A stretch of 60,332 nt of DNA, from contig CAJKZO010000001.1 in NCBI GenBank assembly GCA_905204365.1, positions 1 through 60,332 of the forward strand, written 5' to 3'. The position numbers and the translations under genes were made by a program. The stretch is from an uncultured Collinsella sp. Lineage in GTDB: Bacteria > Actinomycetota > Coriobacteriia > Coriobacteriales > Coriobacteriaceae. Of the stretch, positions 36,719-54,639 are shown one piece after another. Position 1 is the stretch's first letter. Each line of letters opens with the position of its first letter. Under the pieces are notes generated by a model, which was not told where the DNA came from, did no database searches, and worked only from the letters and a program-made list of their open reading frames with translations.

Positions 36719-37855
36719 ATGCGTCTGCCCATGAATACCTCGCTTGCCATGCTCAAGCCCTCCGGTATCCGCCGGATTAACGCGCTCGCCGCCCAGCACC
36801 CGGGGTGCATCGCGCTTGCGCTCGGCGAGCCCGATTTTCCCACGCCCGATGTGATTAGTGCCGAGGTGATCGCCGCACTGGACCGCGGTGACACGCACTA
36901 TCCTCCCAACAACGGTCGCCCCGCCTTGCGTGAGGCGTTATCTGCCTACATGGGGGACGCGGGCCTTACGTTTTCGGCCGACGAGGTCATCCTAACCGAC
37001 GGCGCGACCGAGGCCCTGTCGGCAACATTCATGGCTATGCTCAACCCCGGCGACGAGGTCATCATCCCCACGCCGGCCTTTGGCCTGTACGAGAGCATCG
37101 TCGTGGCCAACCACGCCAAAGCGGTCTTTTTGGATACGGAGCCTGCGCAATTTCAGATTGATGAGGAGGCGCTTCGTGCCTGCGTGACGCCGGCGACCAA
37201 GGCCATCGTCATCTGCACGCCCAACAATCCTACGGGTTGCATCCTCAACGCGGCTTCGCTCGACGCCGTGGCGCGCGTGGCAGAGCAGGCGGGCATCTAC
37301 GTGGTCTGCGACGACGTATACAACCGCCTGGTTTATGTGGGTGGCTACGAGCGCTTTACCCAGCGCCACCCGGAGCTTCGCGATCAGACGGTAGTTATCG
37401 AGAGCTTCTCCAAGCCCTGGGCTATGACCGGCTGGCGCCTGGGCTGGCTCGCAGCCGCAGCCCCCGTCATCGCCGAGATCGCAAAAGCTCACCAATACCT
37501 AGTATCGAGCGCCGTCTCCTTCGAGATGGACGCCGCAGCCCGAGCCCTCACCGTCGACCCAGCCCCCATGCTCAAAGTCTACCGAGTCCGCCGCGAGCGC
37601 GTACTCGCAGCCTTAGACGCCATGGGCCTCGACGTAGTGGAACCGGCAGGCGCCTTCTACGCCTTCCCCAGCATCAAACAATTCGGCCTAACAAGCGAAG
37701 ACTTCTGCATCAAAGCCATCAAAGAGGCAAACGTAGCCCTAGTCCCCGGAAACTGCTTCGGAACCGAAGGCCACATCCGCCTAAGCTATTGCGTCTCCGA
37801 CGAAAACCTGGACGAAGGCCTCCACCGCCTGTCCACCTTCATTTCGACCTTGTAG
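36719..37855 (+). CDS. PLP-dependent aminotransferase class I/II
   Basis: GEPDF, PNNPTG, DDVY and SFSKPWAMTGWRLG motifs. Confidence 0.93.
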   Translation: MRLPMNTSLAMLKPSGIRRINALAAQHPGCIALALGEPDFPTPDVISAEVIAALDRGDTHYPPNNGRPALREALSAYMGDAGLTFSADEVILTDGATEALSATFMAMLNPGDEVIIPTPAFGLYESIVVANHAKAVFLDTEPAQFQIDEEALRACVTPATKAIVICTPNNPTGCILNAASLDAVARVAEQAGIYVVCDDVYNRLVYVGGYERFTQRHPELRDQTVVIESFSKPWAMTGWRLGWLAAAAPVIAEIAKAHQYLVSSAVSFEMDAAARALTVDPAPMLKVYRVRRERVLAALDAMGLDVVEPAGAFYAFPSIKQFGLTSEDFCIKAIKEANVALVPGNCFGTEGHIRLSYCVSDENLDEGLHRLSTFISTL

Positions 37856-37911
37856 TCCTCAGGGACGCAACACATCAGCCCACCGACATAAGGGTTATGC
37901 GTGGGGCGCGC

Positions 37912-38124
37912 CGGCCAACGGCAACCCTGGCTGCCCCAAAGTCAACACAGGTCGCGCCGCCAAAGGCCAGGCGCAAGCTTTTCGTAGATTCCGCACGAGC
38001 CGAAGAGCACTAAATGTGCTCTTCGTGCGAGCCCAGGACCTGACCGAGCGAAAAGCTTGCGCCTGGCCTTTGGCGGCGCGACCGAGATGGTGGAATTGTG
38101 TGCAGCCAGGGTTGCCGTTGACCG
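37912..38124. repeat. ~215-bp nested inverted repeat (MITE/REPIN-like)
   Basis: Outer arms 37912-37934/38102-38124 (22/23), perfect 35-bp arms 37950-37984/38049-38083, apical 10-bp stem 38001-38025. Confidence 0.9.
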
Positions 38125-38146
38125 ACGCCGGGGTCCCCGCCATAAT
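38118..38146 (+). promoter_or_regulatory. Putative rplJL promoter
   Basis: TTGACC-N17-CATAAT. Confidence 0.65.
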
Positions 38147-38171
38147 ACTTTCGGTTCACGCACGAATCCGC

Positions 38172-38298
38172 TGCCAGAGACAGCCGGTGCAAACGGGCAT
38201 CGCCCGCGAGCTTAATGGGACTTCCCGCCAGCCGAGGTGGTCGAGTAGATATGTCTTCTCGCCCCCGTCGCTCATGCAGCGCGGGGGCTTTCTTTTTG
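38172..38298 (+). ncRNA. L10 leader (r-protein autoregulatory RNA) with attenuator hairpin
   Basis: AGAGACAGCCGG...TTAA...GCCGAGGT motif upstream of rplJ, then GCCCCCG...CGGGGGC followed by TTTCTTTTT. Confidence 0.7.
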
Positions 38299-38362
38299 GA
38301 CATGCCCCCGTCACGTCCTTGTGGCGGACCGTGCCCGGAAAGAATTCGAGGAGGTGTAATTC

Positions 38363-38884
38363 ATGCCCCAGCAGTACAAAATCGACAAGGTTGCAGAGAT
38401 CGAGTCCCGTATCGCCGAGAACGCCGGTCTGTTCGTCGTCAACTACAACGGTCTGACGGTTAAGCAGGCTCAGGAGCTGCGTCATCAGCTTCGCGAGTGC
38501 GGCGCCGAGATGAAGGTCTACAAGAACAACCTGGTCAAGATCGCCCTCAAGAACCAGGAGCAGCCCGAGCTCGACGAGATTCTCGCCGGCCCCGTCGCTT
38601 ATGTGTTCTACGAGTCCGAGCCGGTCGAGGCCGCTAAGGCCCTTAAGGACTTCTCCGCTAAGTCCAAGGGCGTCCTTGAGATCAAGGGCGGTATCTCCGA
38701 CGGCAAGGCCGTTTCCGCTGATGATGTTAAGGCTATCGCTGAGCTGCCCACCAAGGATCAGCTTCTCGGCCAGATCGCCGGTCTCATCTCCGGTTTCGCT
38801 CGCGACATCGCTGTCTGCGTCAACGGCGTTTCCTCTGGTCTCGCTCGTTCGATCCAGCAGGTCTCCGAGCAGAAGGCAGCCTAG
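38363..38884 (+). CDS. rplJ: 50S ribosomal protein L10
   Basis: YNGLTVKQ, VYKNNL and IAELPTK motifs; upstream of rplL. Confidence 0.96.
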   Translation: MPQQYKIDKVAEIESRIAENAGLFVVNYNGLTVKQAQELRHQLRECGAEMKVYKNNLVKIALKNQEQPELDEILAGPVAYVFYESEPVEAAKALKDFSAKSKGVLEIKGGISDGKAVSADDVKAIAELPTKDQLLGQIAGLISGFARDIAVCVNGVSSGLARSIQQVSEQKAA

Positions 38885-38986
38885 TCGCTGTTTTCACCCG
38901 CGGCGGCAACGCCGCACCCCTGGCGCATTCGCGCCGTGTTTTAACTGATCTCCGTGCATCCGCACGGAAACCGAAAGGACTTAGAA

Positions 38987-39364
38987 ATGGCTAAGCTTAC
39001 CACCGATGAGATCATCGATGCTCTTAAGGAAATGACCCTTCTCGAGGCTTCCGAGCTCGTTAAGGCTATCGAGGACACCTTCGGCGTTTCCGCCGCTGCT
39101 CCTGCCGCTGTTGTCGCCGCTCCCGCTGCTGGCGCTGCTGAGGCCGAGGAGAAGACCGAGTTTGACGTCGTGCTCGAGGGCTTCGGCGACAACAAGATCC
39201 AGGTCATCAAGGCCGTCCGTGAGCTCACCAACCTTGGCCTGAAGGAGGCCAAGGAGGTCGTCGAGGGCGCTCCCAAGGCTGTTCTCGAGGGTGCCAAGAA
39301 GGAGGACGCCGAGGCTGCCAAGGAGAAGCTCGAGGCTGCTGGCGCTGCTGTCACCCTCAAGTAA
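38987..39364 (+). CDS. rplL: 50S ribosomal protein L7/L12
   Basis: [10 protein letters not shown] and LGLKEAK motifs. Confidence 0.98.
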   Translation: MAKLTTDEIIDALKEMTLLEASELVKAIEDTFGVSAAAPAAVVAAPAAGAAEAEEKTEFDVVLEGFGDNKIQVIKAVRELTNLGLKEAKEVVEGAPKAVLEGAKKEDAEAAKEKLEAAGAAVTLK

Positions 39365-39391
39365 TCAGGCTTTCTCGCCAGATTTCTTTGC

Positions 39392-39425
39392 AGACGGGGT
39401 TCGCATTGCGAGCCCCGTCTTTTTC
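39392..39425 (+). terminator. Terminator after rplL
   Basis: AGACGGGGTTCGC...GCGAGCCCCGTCT stem followed by a T run. Confidence 0.8.
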
Positions 39426-39677
39426 GTTTTGATCCCTCTATTTTGTTGGCTTGGCATACAAATTGCTGCCGTTTGCGGTGCTTTGGGGTCGCTACCGTTG
39501 GGCGATAAAATTGCACCATTCGAGCAATAATTTGCGTTGACCTGCTGAAGAATGGCGCTTGCCTACATTAACGTTAATTAACGGCGGTAAGATAAACCGG
39601 TATCGCAATTTGGTCTGCGGCCGCCGTGCCGCACGCACAGGGCGCATCCTGCGCCTGCGAAAGGATCCCTGAATACT

Positions 39678-40586
39678 ATGAAGGCAATCATCCCCGCCGC
39701 CGGTCTTGGCACGCGTTTTCTGCCTGGCACCAAGTGCACGCCTAAAGAGATGCTGCCGGTGCTCGACAAGCCGGTCATCCAGTACGTCGTCGAGGAGGCG
39801 CTCGACCCCGAGGAGGTCGACGACGCCATTATCGTCACCTCTCCCGGCAAGCCTGAGTTGCTGAGCTACTTCCAGCCCGATCGTTCGCTCGAGAACCTGC
39901 TGCGCGAGCGCGGCAAGGATGCTTATGCCGACGCCGTCGCCCATGCGGGCGGTATGCCGGTCGACTTCCGCTATCAGTACGAGCCCAAGGGCCTCGGTCA
40001 CGCCATTCGCTCTGCCGCTGACGCTGTGGCGGGGGAGAACTTCCTGGTTCTTCTGGGCGACTACGTTGTGCCCAACCGCGACATCTGCGACAAGATGCTT
40101 GCCGTCTCCAAGGAGCACGGTGGCGCTTCTGTTATCGCCGTTGCCGCGTGCGCTCCCGAGGAAGTCAGCCGCTATGGCGTTATCGCCGGCGATCGCGTGG
40201 GCGCTCTCGAGGGCTTCGAGAATGCCGCCGACGACGAGCCCGGTGCCGTTTGGCGCATCGGCGGTCTGGTCGAGAAGCCCGCTCCCGAGGCAGCTCCGTC
40301 CAACCTGTACATCGTCGGTCGTTACCTGCTGAGCCCGCTGGTTATGGACCTGCTCGCCGATCAGCAGGCCGGCAAGGGCGGCGAGATCCAGCTCACCGAC
40401 GCCATGGCCCGTTCGCTCGACCGTGAGGCCATGTATGCCGTCGTCATCGACCCGCTGTCGGGCTACGACACCGGCACTCCCTCTGGCTGGATGGCCACCA
40501 ACGCCCTCATGGCTGCAAGCGACCCCCGCTTTGCAAGCGCCTTCTGGGACGCCATCGACGAGCGCGGCGGATTGATGCGCAAGTAA
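39678..40586 (+). CDS. galU: UTP--glucose-1-phosphate uridylyltransferase
   Basis: PAAGLGTRFLP, PKEMLP, GLGHA, VEKP and GEIQLTDA motifs. Confidence 0.92.
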   Translation: MKAIIPAAGLGTRFLPGTKCTPKEMLPVLDKPVIQYVVEEALDPEEVDDAIIVTSPGKPELLSYFQPDRSLENLLRERGKDAYADAVAHAGGMPVDFRYQYEPKGLGHAIRSAADAVAGENFLVLLGDYVVPNRDICDKMLAVSKEHGGASVIAVAACAPEEVSRYGVIAGDRVGALEGFENAADDEPGAVWRIGGLVEKPAPEAAPSNLYIVGRYLLSPLVMDLLADQQAGKGGEIQLTDAMARSLDREAMYAVVIDPLSGYDTGTPSGWMATNALMAASDPRFASAFWDAIDERGGLMRK

Positions 40587-40873
40587 GCCTTCGGGCATCG
40601 ACATTTACGGGTGTGGACCTCGGTTCGCGCCCGTTTTTTATAAGAGCTGCGATTGCCGGCTCTCTGTTCACAGAAAATATATGAACAGACGTTCGATACA
40701 CATACATCTACCTGCGTGTTTTCTGTCGAAAAACTTTGCTACTCCAAAAACTCAATCGCGTCAAGGCTTTTCTTGCCCAACGGTCGGTACCTGATAAACT
40801 ATTAGGTTGCGATAACTGGCGAAGCTATGCCTCGCCAACCCACCGAGCATTTCCGTGAAGGAGGAAAAACCTG

Positions 40874-44365
<3,492 letters not shown>

Positions 44366-44371
44366 TTGACT

Positions 44372-48850
<4,479 letters not shown>

Positions 48851-48894
48851 CTAGTTCCGCCGTTCTAACGAACGGCGGCGACCTCCGTCGCTGC

Positions 48895-48994
48895 GCGGCC
48901 CCCAGAGCTACAATCTGTCATTCAAAAGGCAGGGCATGACCAAAAGGTCAATGCCCTGCCTTTTTCATGCCACCTTGTACGCTCTGGGGGCCGC
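48895..48994. terminator. Nested hairpin/terminator after rpoC
   Basis: Outer GCGGCCCCCAGAGC arms enclose AAAAGGCAGGGCAT...ATGCCCTGCCTTTTT. Confidence 0.75.
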
Positions 48995-49035
48995 TCGCTT
49001 GCGTATGCTCAACCTGTTGCGTTCCGTTGATCCCT

Positions 49036-49074
49036 TGCCAATAAGGGACAGGTTTATTTTGGTAGGTTTTCCTG
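49036..49074 (-). repeat. ~40-bp dispersed element, copy 2 (reverse orientation)
   Basis: Reverse complement reads AAAACCTACCAAAATAAACCTGTCCCTTATTGGCA. Confidence 0.85.
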
Positions 49075-49159
49075 CTTGAATTTGAAACATTTCGTCCGGC
49101 CAGAGCGTATCTATGGTGAGGACCTCATCAAGAATCAGTACCGTCACCGGGAGGTGATT

Positions 49160-49678
49160 ATGGAAGAACAAACATTTAGACAGGCGGTCGAAGATCACCG
49201 GGATGTCGTGTTTCGAATCGCATTGACGTATCTGCGCGATCGCGCCGATGCCGATGATGTTGCCCAAGATGTCTTTCTTAAGTTGCTCAAAAGCGATACG
49301 CATTTTGAAAGCTGGGAGCATCTTCGTCGATGGCTTATCCGGGTCACGATCAATGAATGCAAATCTCTCTTTCGAAAGCCGTGGAGACGCGTGGAGGATA
49401 TTGAAAGTCTGACCGATTCGCTTTCGACGGCGCAGGAGGAGACCAAGGTGGTCCTGTCAGACGTTATGCGACTTCCGGAGCGATTCCGCGTCCCCATCGT
49501 GCTCTATTACTATCTGGGCTTTTCGACCTCAGAGATTGCCGAGTTACTGCATGTGCCAGCCGCGACCGTTCGAACGCGTTTAGCTCGCGGTCGATCGAAG
49601 CTCAAATTCATCCTAGAGGAGGGCGACCGTGAAATCCAATCAAATCAAGCAGGCCTTCGAGTCCATCCAAGCCGATAG
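49160..49678 (+). CDS. ECF sigma factor
   Basis: DADDVAQDVFL, WLIRVTIN and EIAELL...TVRTRLARGR motifs; RBS GGAGGT. Confidence 0.92.
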   Translation: MEEQTFRQAVEDHRDVVFRIALTYLRDRADADDVAQDVFLKLLKSDTHFESWEHLRRWLIRVTINECKSLFRKPWRRVEDIESLTDSLSTAQEETKVVLSDVMRLPERFRVPIVLYYYLGFSTSEIAELLHVPAATVRTRLARGRSKLKFILEEGDREIQSNQAGLRVHPSR

Positions 49679-50705
49679 CGATCTTGCCGATCGCGTTCTT
49701 AATGCAGCTGAAGGCGAGCCGCTTCGCAAAAGGGGTCATGCTAAGCCCCTCTATGTTGCGGTTATCGGGTGTCTTGTCGGAGTGTTGGCGACCGGAGGGG
49801 TCGCCTACGCCGTTATCAATTCCAGCTATTTTGCCTCAGCCTGGGGAAACCACGGCAACGGGGATTCCATTACCTGGACAAACGGCGGCTCATCGGGGAC
49901 TAAATATACCTACACCAGAGAGTTTGGTGATGGCATCGCGCCCCAAAGCCTGGAGGGTGCAGTCCAGGAGGTTAATCTGTCCGTCGAGGGCAACGGCTAT
50001 ACGCTCGATATCCATGAGATGGCAATCGACCAAAACGGCTGCGGTGCTGTGACGTTTACGCTATCCAATCCAAATGGTGTTAACTACTACAAGCCGGCAG
50101 CAGAGACTGGCGAACTTGTTCTCTATGGTGAAGAAGAACAAGGCATCGGCACGCCCGGCATGAACTTCGGCGAGGAATGGGCTGACACACGCTGCACCAT
50201 TGATAAGGACACATCAAGCGATACTGTCATTAATGGCACGATGTACTTTGCTTCTATGGATCGCGAGCGAGGTTTTCAACATGCGGTCACCTGGAATATC
50301 TCGTGGACCGAGGGCGAAGGCGAGGATGCGAAGCCGTTCGAGGCATCGACGCCCGAGTTTAGCGTTGGAGCGTACGTCGATACAAAGGAACTCCGCTCCG
50401 ATGACTCGCCTCTCGAGATCAGCCCGTTTTCTATCCAGACACACATCGATGATTTGGGCATTGACGCAGTCACGAAGAAGTTGACGGTTACCTACAAGGA
50501 TGGATCGGAGCAGATTATCGAAGATGACGACGCAGGGGCGTTCAACTTATATTTTTCTTATACGCGCAATAGCGGAGAGAACATCTGGGTGCCAACGAAG
50601 TTGATTGATGTCGACCAAGTGGTCTCAGTAACGCTTGAGGGCACGAGGTGCACGTCAACAGGAGAGACCGAAACGGAAGAGTCCTTTACTATCGTCTATT
50701 CGTAA
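49629..50705 (+). CDS. Putative anti-sigma factor: short cytoplasmic N-terminus, one TM helix, acidic extracellular domain
   Basis: Overlaps the ECF gene; TM segment AVIGCLVGVLATGGVAYA. Confidence 0.7.
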   Translation: MKSNQIKQAFESIQADSDLADRVLNAAEGEPLRKRGHAKPLYVAVIGCLVGVLATGGVAYAVINSSYFASAWGNHGNGDSITWTNGGSSGTKYTYTREFGDGIAPQSLEGAVQEVNLSVEGNGYTLDIHEMAIDQNGCGAVTFTLSNPNGVNYYKPAAETGELVLYGEEEQGIGTPGMNFGEEWADTRCTIDKDTSSDTVINGTMYFASMDRERGFQHAVTWNISWTEGEGEDAKPFEASTPEFSVGAYVDTKELRSDDSPLEISPFSIQTHIDDLGIDAVTKKLTVTYKDGSEQIIEDDDAGAFNLYFSYTRNSGENIWVPTKLIDVDQVVSVTLEGTRCTSTGETETEESFTIVYS

Positions 50706-50710
50706 GGTCT

Positions 50711-50745
50711 GAGGCCGCTTCCTACTAGGGGAAGCGGCCTCTTTT
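50711..50745 (+). terminator. Terminator after the anti-sigma gene
   Basis: GAGGCCGCTTCC/GGAAGCGGCCTC stem followed by TTTT. Confidence 0.8.
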
Positions 50746-50818
50746 GCGTTAAATGGAAACGCCGCCGATTTCAATGCGACAGATGAGAGCAGATTACCGC
50801 TGGAGCGCGATGTTTCCC

Positions 50819-50861
50819 CAGATAAAACCGACCAAAATAAACCTGTCCCTTTTTGGCAGGT
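50819..50861 (+). repeat. ~40-bp dispersed element, copy 3
   Basis: CAGATAAAACCGACCAAAATAAACCTGTCCCTTTTTGGCAGGT. Confidence 0.85.
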
Positions 50862-50989
50862 AACGTTGCCCCGACGAGCGCATCGGATTCCCGGTCCGGG
50901 CGGCCGCCCCCGCGCACAGAAGGGGATTCCTTTTGTGTAGGATTTGCGGAAATATGATCATTTTGGGATACGCCCGGCGGCGTGGTCTG

Positions 50990-51018
50990 TTGACGACACA
51001 GCTAACGGCACGTATCCT
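50990..51018 (+). promoter_or_regulatory. Putative str operon promoter
   Basis: TTGACG-N17-TATCCT. Confidence 0.6.
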
Positions 51019-51111
51019 ATCGAACTGCGTGTTTCGTAGGGGGATGCTGACCCCTCGATTCAAGCCGTTGCACTTTACAGAAAGCTGGAATCATTCGAGA
51101 AGGAGTACGCT

Positions 51112-51489
51112 TTGCCTACTATTAACCAGCTGGTTCGCCAGGGCCGTCGTTCCGTGCCCAAGAAGTCCAAGAACGCTGCCCTGCAGCACAACTCCCAGAA
51201 GCGCGGCGTGTGCACCCGCGTCTTCACCACGAGCCCCAAGAAGCCGAACTCGGCTCTTCGTAAGGTTGCCCGTGTTCGCCTTGTCAACGGCATCGAAGTT
51301 ACTGCTTACATCCCGGGTGAGGGCCACAACCTGCAGGAGCACTCCATCGTGCTCGTCCGCGGCGGTCGTGTCCGTGACCTCCCTGGTGTCCGTTATCACG
51401 TCATCCGTGGCGCCTACGACGCTGCTCCGGTCCAGAACCGTATGCAGGCCCGTTCCAAGTACGGTGCTAAGCGCCCCAAGGCCAAATAA
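51112..51489 (+). CDS. rpsL: 30S ribosomal protein S12
   Basis: TTG start; [15 protein letters not shown] and DLPGVRY motifs. Confidence 0.98.
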   Translation: MPTINQLVRQGRRSVPKKSKNAALQHNSQKRGVCTRVFTTSPKKPNSALRKVARVRLVNGIEVTAYIPGEGHNLQEHSIVLVRGGRVRDLPGVRYHVIRGAYDAAPVQNRMQARSKYGAKRPKAK

Positions 51490-51562
51490 GCCAGATAACG
51501 TTTTGATACTTTCGCCGTGTGCCGCCTAAGCGCCGCACGGTAGACACTTAAGGAGATTTCAC

Positions 51563-52036
51563 ATGCCGCGTCGTGCAGCAGCTAATCGTCGTGAGGTTCA
51601 GCCTGACGCCGTTTACAACAACCGCCTGGTGACTCAGCTCATCAACAAGGTCCTTCTTGACGGCAAGAAGGCCACCGCTGAGCGCATCGTTTACACCGCT
51701 TTCGAGATCGTTGCCGAGAAGTCCGAGGGTGGCGACGCTCTCGCTACCTTCAAGAAGGCTATGGACAACGTCAAGCCCACGCTCGAGGTCAAGCCCAAGC
51801 GTGTCGGTGGCGCTACCTATCAGGTCCCGATGGAGGTCAACTCCCGTCGTTCCACTGCTCTGGGCATCCGCTGGATCGTCAACTTCTCCCGCGCTCGCAA
51901 GGAGAAGACCATGGCCGAGCGTCTCGCCAACGAGATCCTCGACGCTTCCAACGGCCTGGGCGCTTCCGTCAAGAAGCGTGAGGACGTCTTCAAGATGGCC
52001 GAGGCCAACCGCGCGTTCTCTCACTATCGTTGGTAA
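51563..52036 (+). CDS. rpsG: 30S ribosomal protein S7
   Basis: [10 protein letters not shown] and [13 protein letters not shown] motifs. Confidence 0.98.
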   Translation: MPRRAAANRREVQPDAVYNNRLVTQLINKVLLDGKKATAERIVYTAFEIVAEKSEGGDALATFKKAMDNVKPTLEVKPKRVGGATYQVPMEVNSRRSTALGIRWIVNFSRARKEKTMAERLANEILDASNGLGASVKKREDVFKMAEANRAFSHYRW

Positions 52037-52055
52037 GTTAAGGTAAGGAACTAAC

Positions 52056-54155
52056 ATGGCTAAGCCTAAGTACAAGCTTTCCGATACCCGTAACATCGGC
52101 ATCATGGCTCACATCGATGCCGGTAAGACCACCACGACCGAGCGTATTCTTTACTACACCGGTAAGACCCACAAGATCGGTGAGGTCCATGAGGGCGCTG
52201 CCACCATGGACTGGATGGTTCAGGAGCAGGAGCGCGGCGTAACCATTACCTCCGCTGCTACCACGTGCTTCTGGAAGAAGGACGGTACCGACTACCGCAT
52301 CCAGATCATCGACACCCCGGGCCACGTTGACTTCACCGCCGAGGTCGAGCGCTGCCTGCGCGTCCTCGATGGCGCTGTCGCCGTCTTCGACGCCGTTGCC
52401 GGCGTTCAGCCCCAGTCTGAGACCGTTTGGCGTCAGGCTTCTACCTTCAACGTCCCCCGCATCGCCTTCATCAACAAGTATGACCGCGTGGGCGCTGACT
52501 TCTTCAACGCTATCGAGACCATGAAGGATCGTCTCGACGCCAACGCCGTGGCCGCTCAGGTCCCGATGGGCGCCGAGGACAACTTCTGGGGCGTCATCGA
52601 CCTGGTCACCATGACTGCTTGGGACTTCAAGGCCGACGACAAGGGCATGACCTACCCCGAGCCGATGGACGAGATCCCGGCTGAGTTCGCTGACATCGCT
52701 GCCACCAAGCGCGAGGAGCTCCTCGACGCTGCTGCCAGCTTTGACGACGAGCTCATGGAGAAGATCCTCATGGAGGAGGACTTCACCGTCGAGGAGCTCA
52801 AGGCTGCTCTGCGCAAGGGCGTTCTGGCCAACGAGCTCAACCTCGTCTTCGTGGGCTCCGCCTACAAGAACAAGGGCGTCCAGGAGCTGCTCGACGCTGT
52901 CGTCGACTACCTGCCCAGCCCGCTCGACGTTGAGGCCGTCACCGGTACCGATCCGGACACCGGCGAGGAGATCGAGCGTCATCCTTCCTTCGACGAGCCC
53001 TTCTCTGGCCTGGTCTTTAAGATCATGACCGACCCGTTCGTCGGTAAGCTCACCTACGTCCGCGTTTACTCCGGTCGTGCCGAGTCCGGCTCCTACGTGA
53101 TCAACGCTTCCAACGGTCAGCGTGAGCGCCTCGGCCGCATCCTCGAGATGAACGCCGCCGAGCGTATCGACCGTGACGACGCTGCCGCCGGCGACATCGT
53201 CGCTTGCGTCGGCTTCAAGAACTCCACCACCGGTGACACCCTGTGCGAAGAGGGCAAGGAGATCGTCCTCGAGAAGATCGAGTTCGCTAAGCCCGTTATC
53301 GACGTTGCCATCGAGCCCAAGACCAAGGCCGAGCAGGACAAGATGTCCCTGGCTCTGACCAAGCTCGCCGAGGAGGACCCGACCTTCCAGGTGTCCACCA
53401 ACCACGAGACCGGTCAGACCATCATCGCCGGCATGGGCGAGCTGCACCTCGAGATCATCGTCGACCGTCTGCTCCGCGAGTTCAAGGTTGACGCTAACGT
53501 TGGTAAGCCCCAGGTTGCCTACCGCGAGACCGCTGGTCACGACGTCGAGAAGGCTGAGGGCAAGATCGTCCGTCAGTCCGGAGGTCGCGGTCAGTATGGC
53601 CACGCCGTCATCAAGCTCGAGAAGATGGAGGAGGGCTTCGGCTACGAGTTCGTCAACGCTATCGTCGGCGGCGTCGTGCCCAAGGAGTACATCCCGTCCA
53701 TCGACAAGGGCATCCAGGAGGCCCTGAACACCGGTGTTATCGCCGGCTTCCCGGTCCTCGACGTTAAGGTCACCCTGTTCGACGGTTCTTACCACGAGGT
53801 CGACTCCTCCGAGGCCGCCTTCAAGATCGCCGGTTCCATGGCTATCAAGGACGCCCTCAAGAAGTCCGATCCGCAGCTGCTCGAGCCGATCATGGCTGTC
53901 GAGGTCGAGACCCCCGAGCAGTACATGGGCGACGTTATGGGCAACCTCTCCGGTCGCCGCGGCAAGATCGAGGGCATGGAGGATCGCAAGAACAGCAAGC
54001 TCATCCGTGCCAAGGTGCCGCTGGGCGAGATGTTCGGTTACGCTACCGACCTTCGCTCCCAGACCCAGGGCCGTGCATCCTACACGATGCAGTTCGACTC
54101 TTATGAGCCCGCGCCCAAGTCCATCGTGGACGAGGTCATGAGCAAGAACGCCTAA
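52056..54155 (+). CDS. fusA: Elongation factor G
   Basis: [24 protein letters not shown] and SYHEVDSS motifs. Confidence 0.99.
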   Translation: MAKPKYKLSDTRNIGIMAHIDAGKTTTTERILYYTGKTHKIGEVHEGAATMDWMVQEQERGVTITSAATTCFWKKDGTDYRIQIIDTPGHVDFTAEVERCLRVLDGAVAVFDAVAGVQPQSETVWRQASTFNVPRIAFINKYDRVGADFFNAIETMKDRLDANAVAAQVPMGAEDNFWGVIDLVTMTAWDFKADDKGMTYPEPMDEIPAEFADIAATKREELLDAAASFDDELMEKILMEEDFTVEELKAALRKGVLANELNLVFVGSAYKNKGVQELLDAVVDYLPSPLDVEAVTGTDPDTGEEIERHPSFDEPFSGLVFKIMTDPFVGKLTYVRVYSGRAESGSYVINASNGQRERLGRILEMNAAERIDRDDAAAGDIVACVGFKNSTTGDTLCEEGKEIVLEKIEFAKPVIDVAIEPKTKAEQDKMSLALTKLAEEDPTFQVSTNHETGQTIIAGMGELHLEIIVDRLLREFKVDANVGKPQVAYRETAGHDVEKAEGKIVRQSGGRGQYGHAVIKLEKMEEGFGYEFVNAIVGGVVPKEYIPSIDKGIQEALNTGVIAGFPVLDVKVTLFDGSYHEVDSSEAAFKIAGSMAIKDALKKSDPQLLEPIMAVEVETPEQYMGDVMGNLSGRRGKIEGMEDRKNSKLIRAKVPLGEMFGYATDLRSQTQGRASYTMQFDSYEPAPKSIVDEVMSKNA

Positions 54156-54215
54156 GTTCGAGCTCCCTGTTACGTAATCCGCGAGAACATCTCTCGCACT
54201 CTTTGGAGGTTTAAG

Positions 54216-54524
54216 TTGGCTACCCAGAAGATCCGCATTCGCCTCAAGGGCTATGATCACGAGGTCGTCGATCAGTCCGCGAAGCTCATCGTTGAGACCG
54301 CTCAGAAGACCGGCGCTCGCGTTTCCGGTCCTGTCCCCCTGCCCACCGAGCGCAACCTATACACGGTTATCCGCTCGCCGCACGTGAACAAGGACTCCCG
54401 TGAGCAGTTCGAGATGCGCACCCACAAGCGCCTCATCGACATCCTCGACCCCACCTCGGGCACCGTTGATTCGCTCATGCGTCTCGACCTCCCCGCTGGC
54501 GTCGACATCGACATCAAGCTCTAA
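54216..54524 (+). CDS. rpsJ: 30S ribosomal protein S10
   Basis: [14 protein letters not shown] and [12 protein letters not shown] motifs. Confidence 0.98.
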   Translation: MATQKIRIRLKGYDHEVVDQSAKLIVETAQKTGARVSGPVPLPTERNLYTVIRSPHVNKDSREQFEMRTHKRLIDILDPTSGTVDSLMRLDLPAGVDIDIKL

Positions 54525-54545
54525 GCGATATTGCTCATAGCTTAC

Positions 54546-54582
54546 AGAGCCCCGCTGCCATCTTGGTAGCGGGGCTCTTTTG
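54546..54582 (+). terminator. Terminator after rpsJ
   Basis: AGAGCCCCGCTGCCA/TGGTAGCGGGGCTCT stem followed by a T run. Confidence 0.85.
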
Positions 54583-54639
54583 TTTTGCATGATGGTTTGG
54601 ACTGCTGGGTAATGCTGTCGAGTAGGTGGCTGCGGCATC

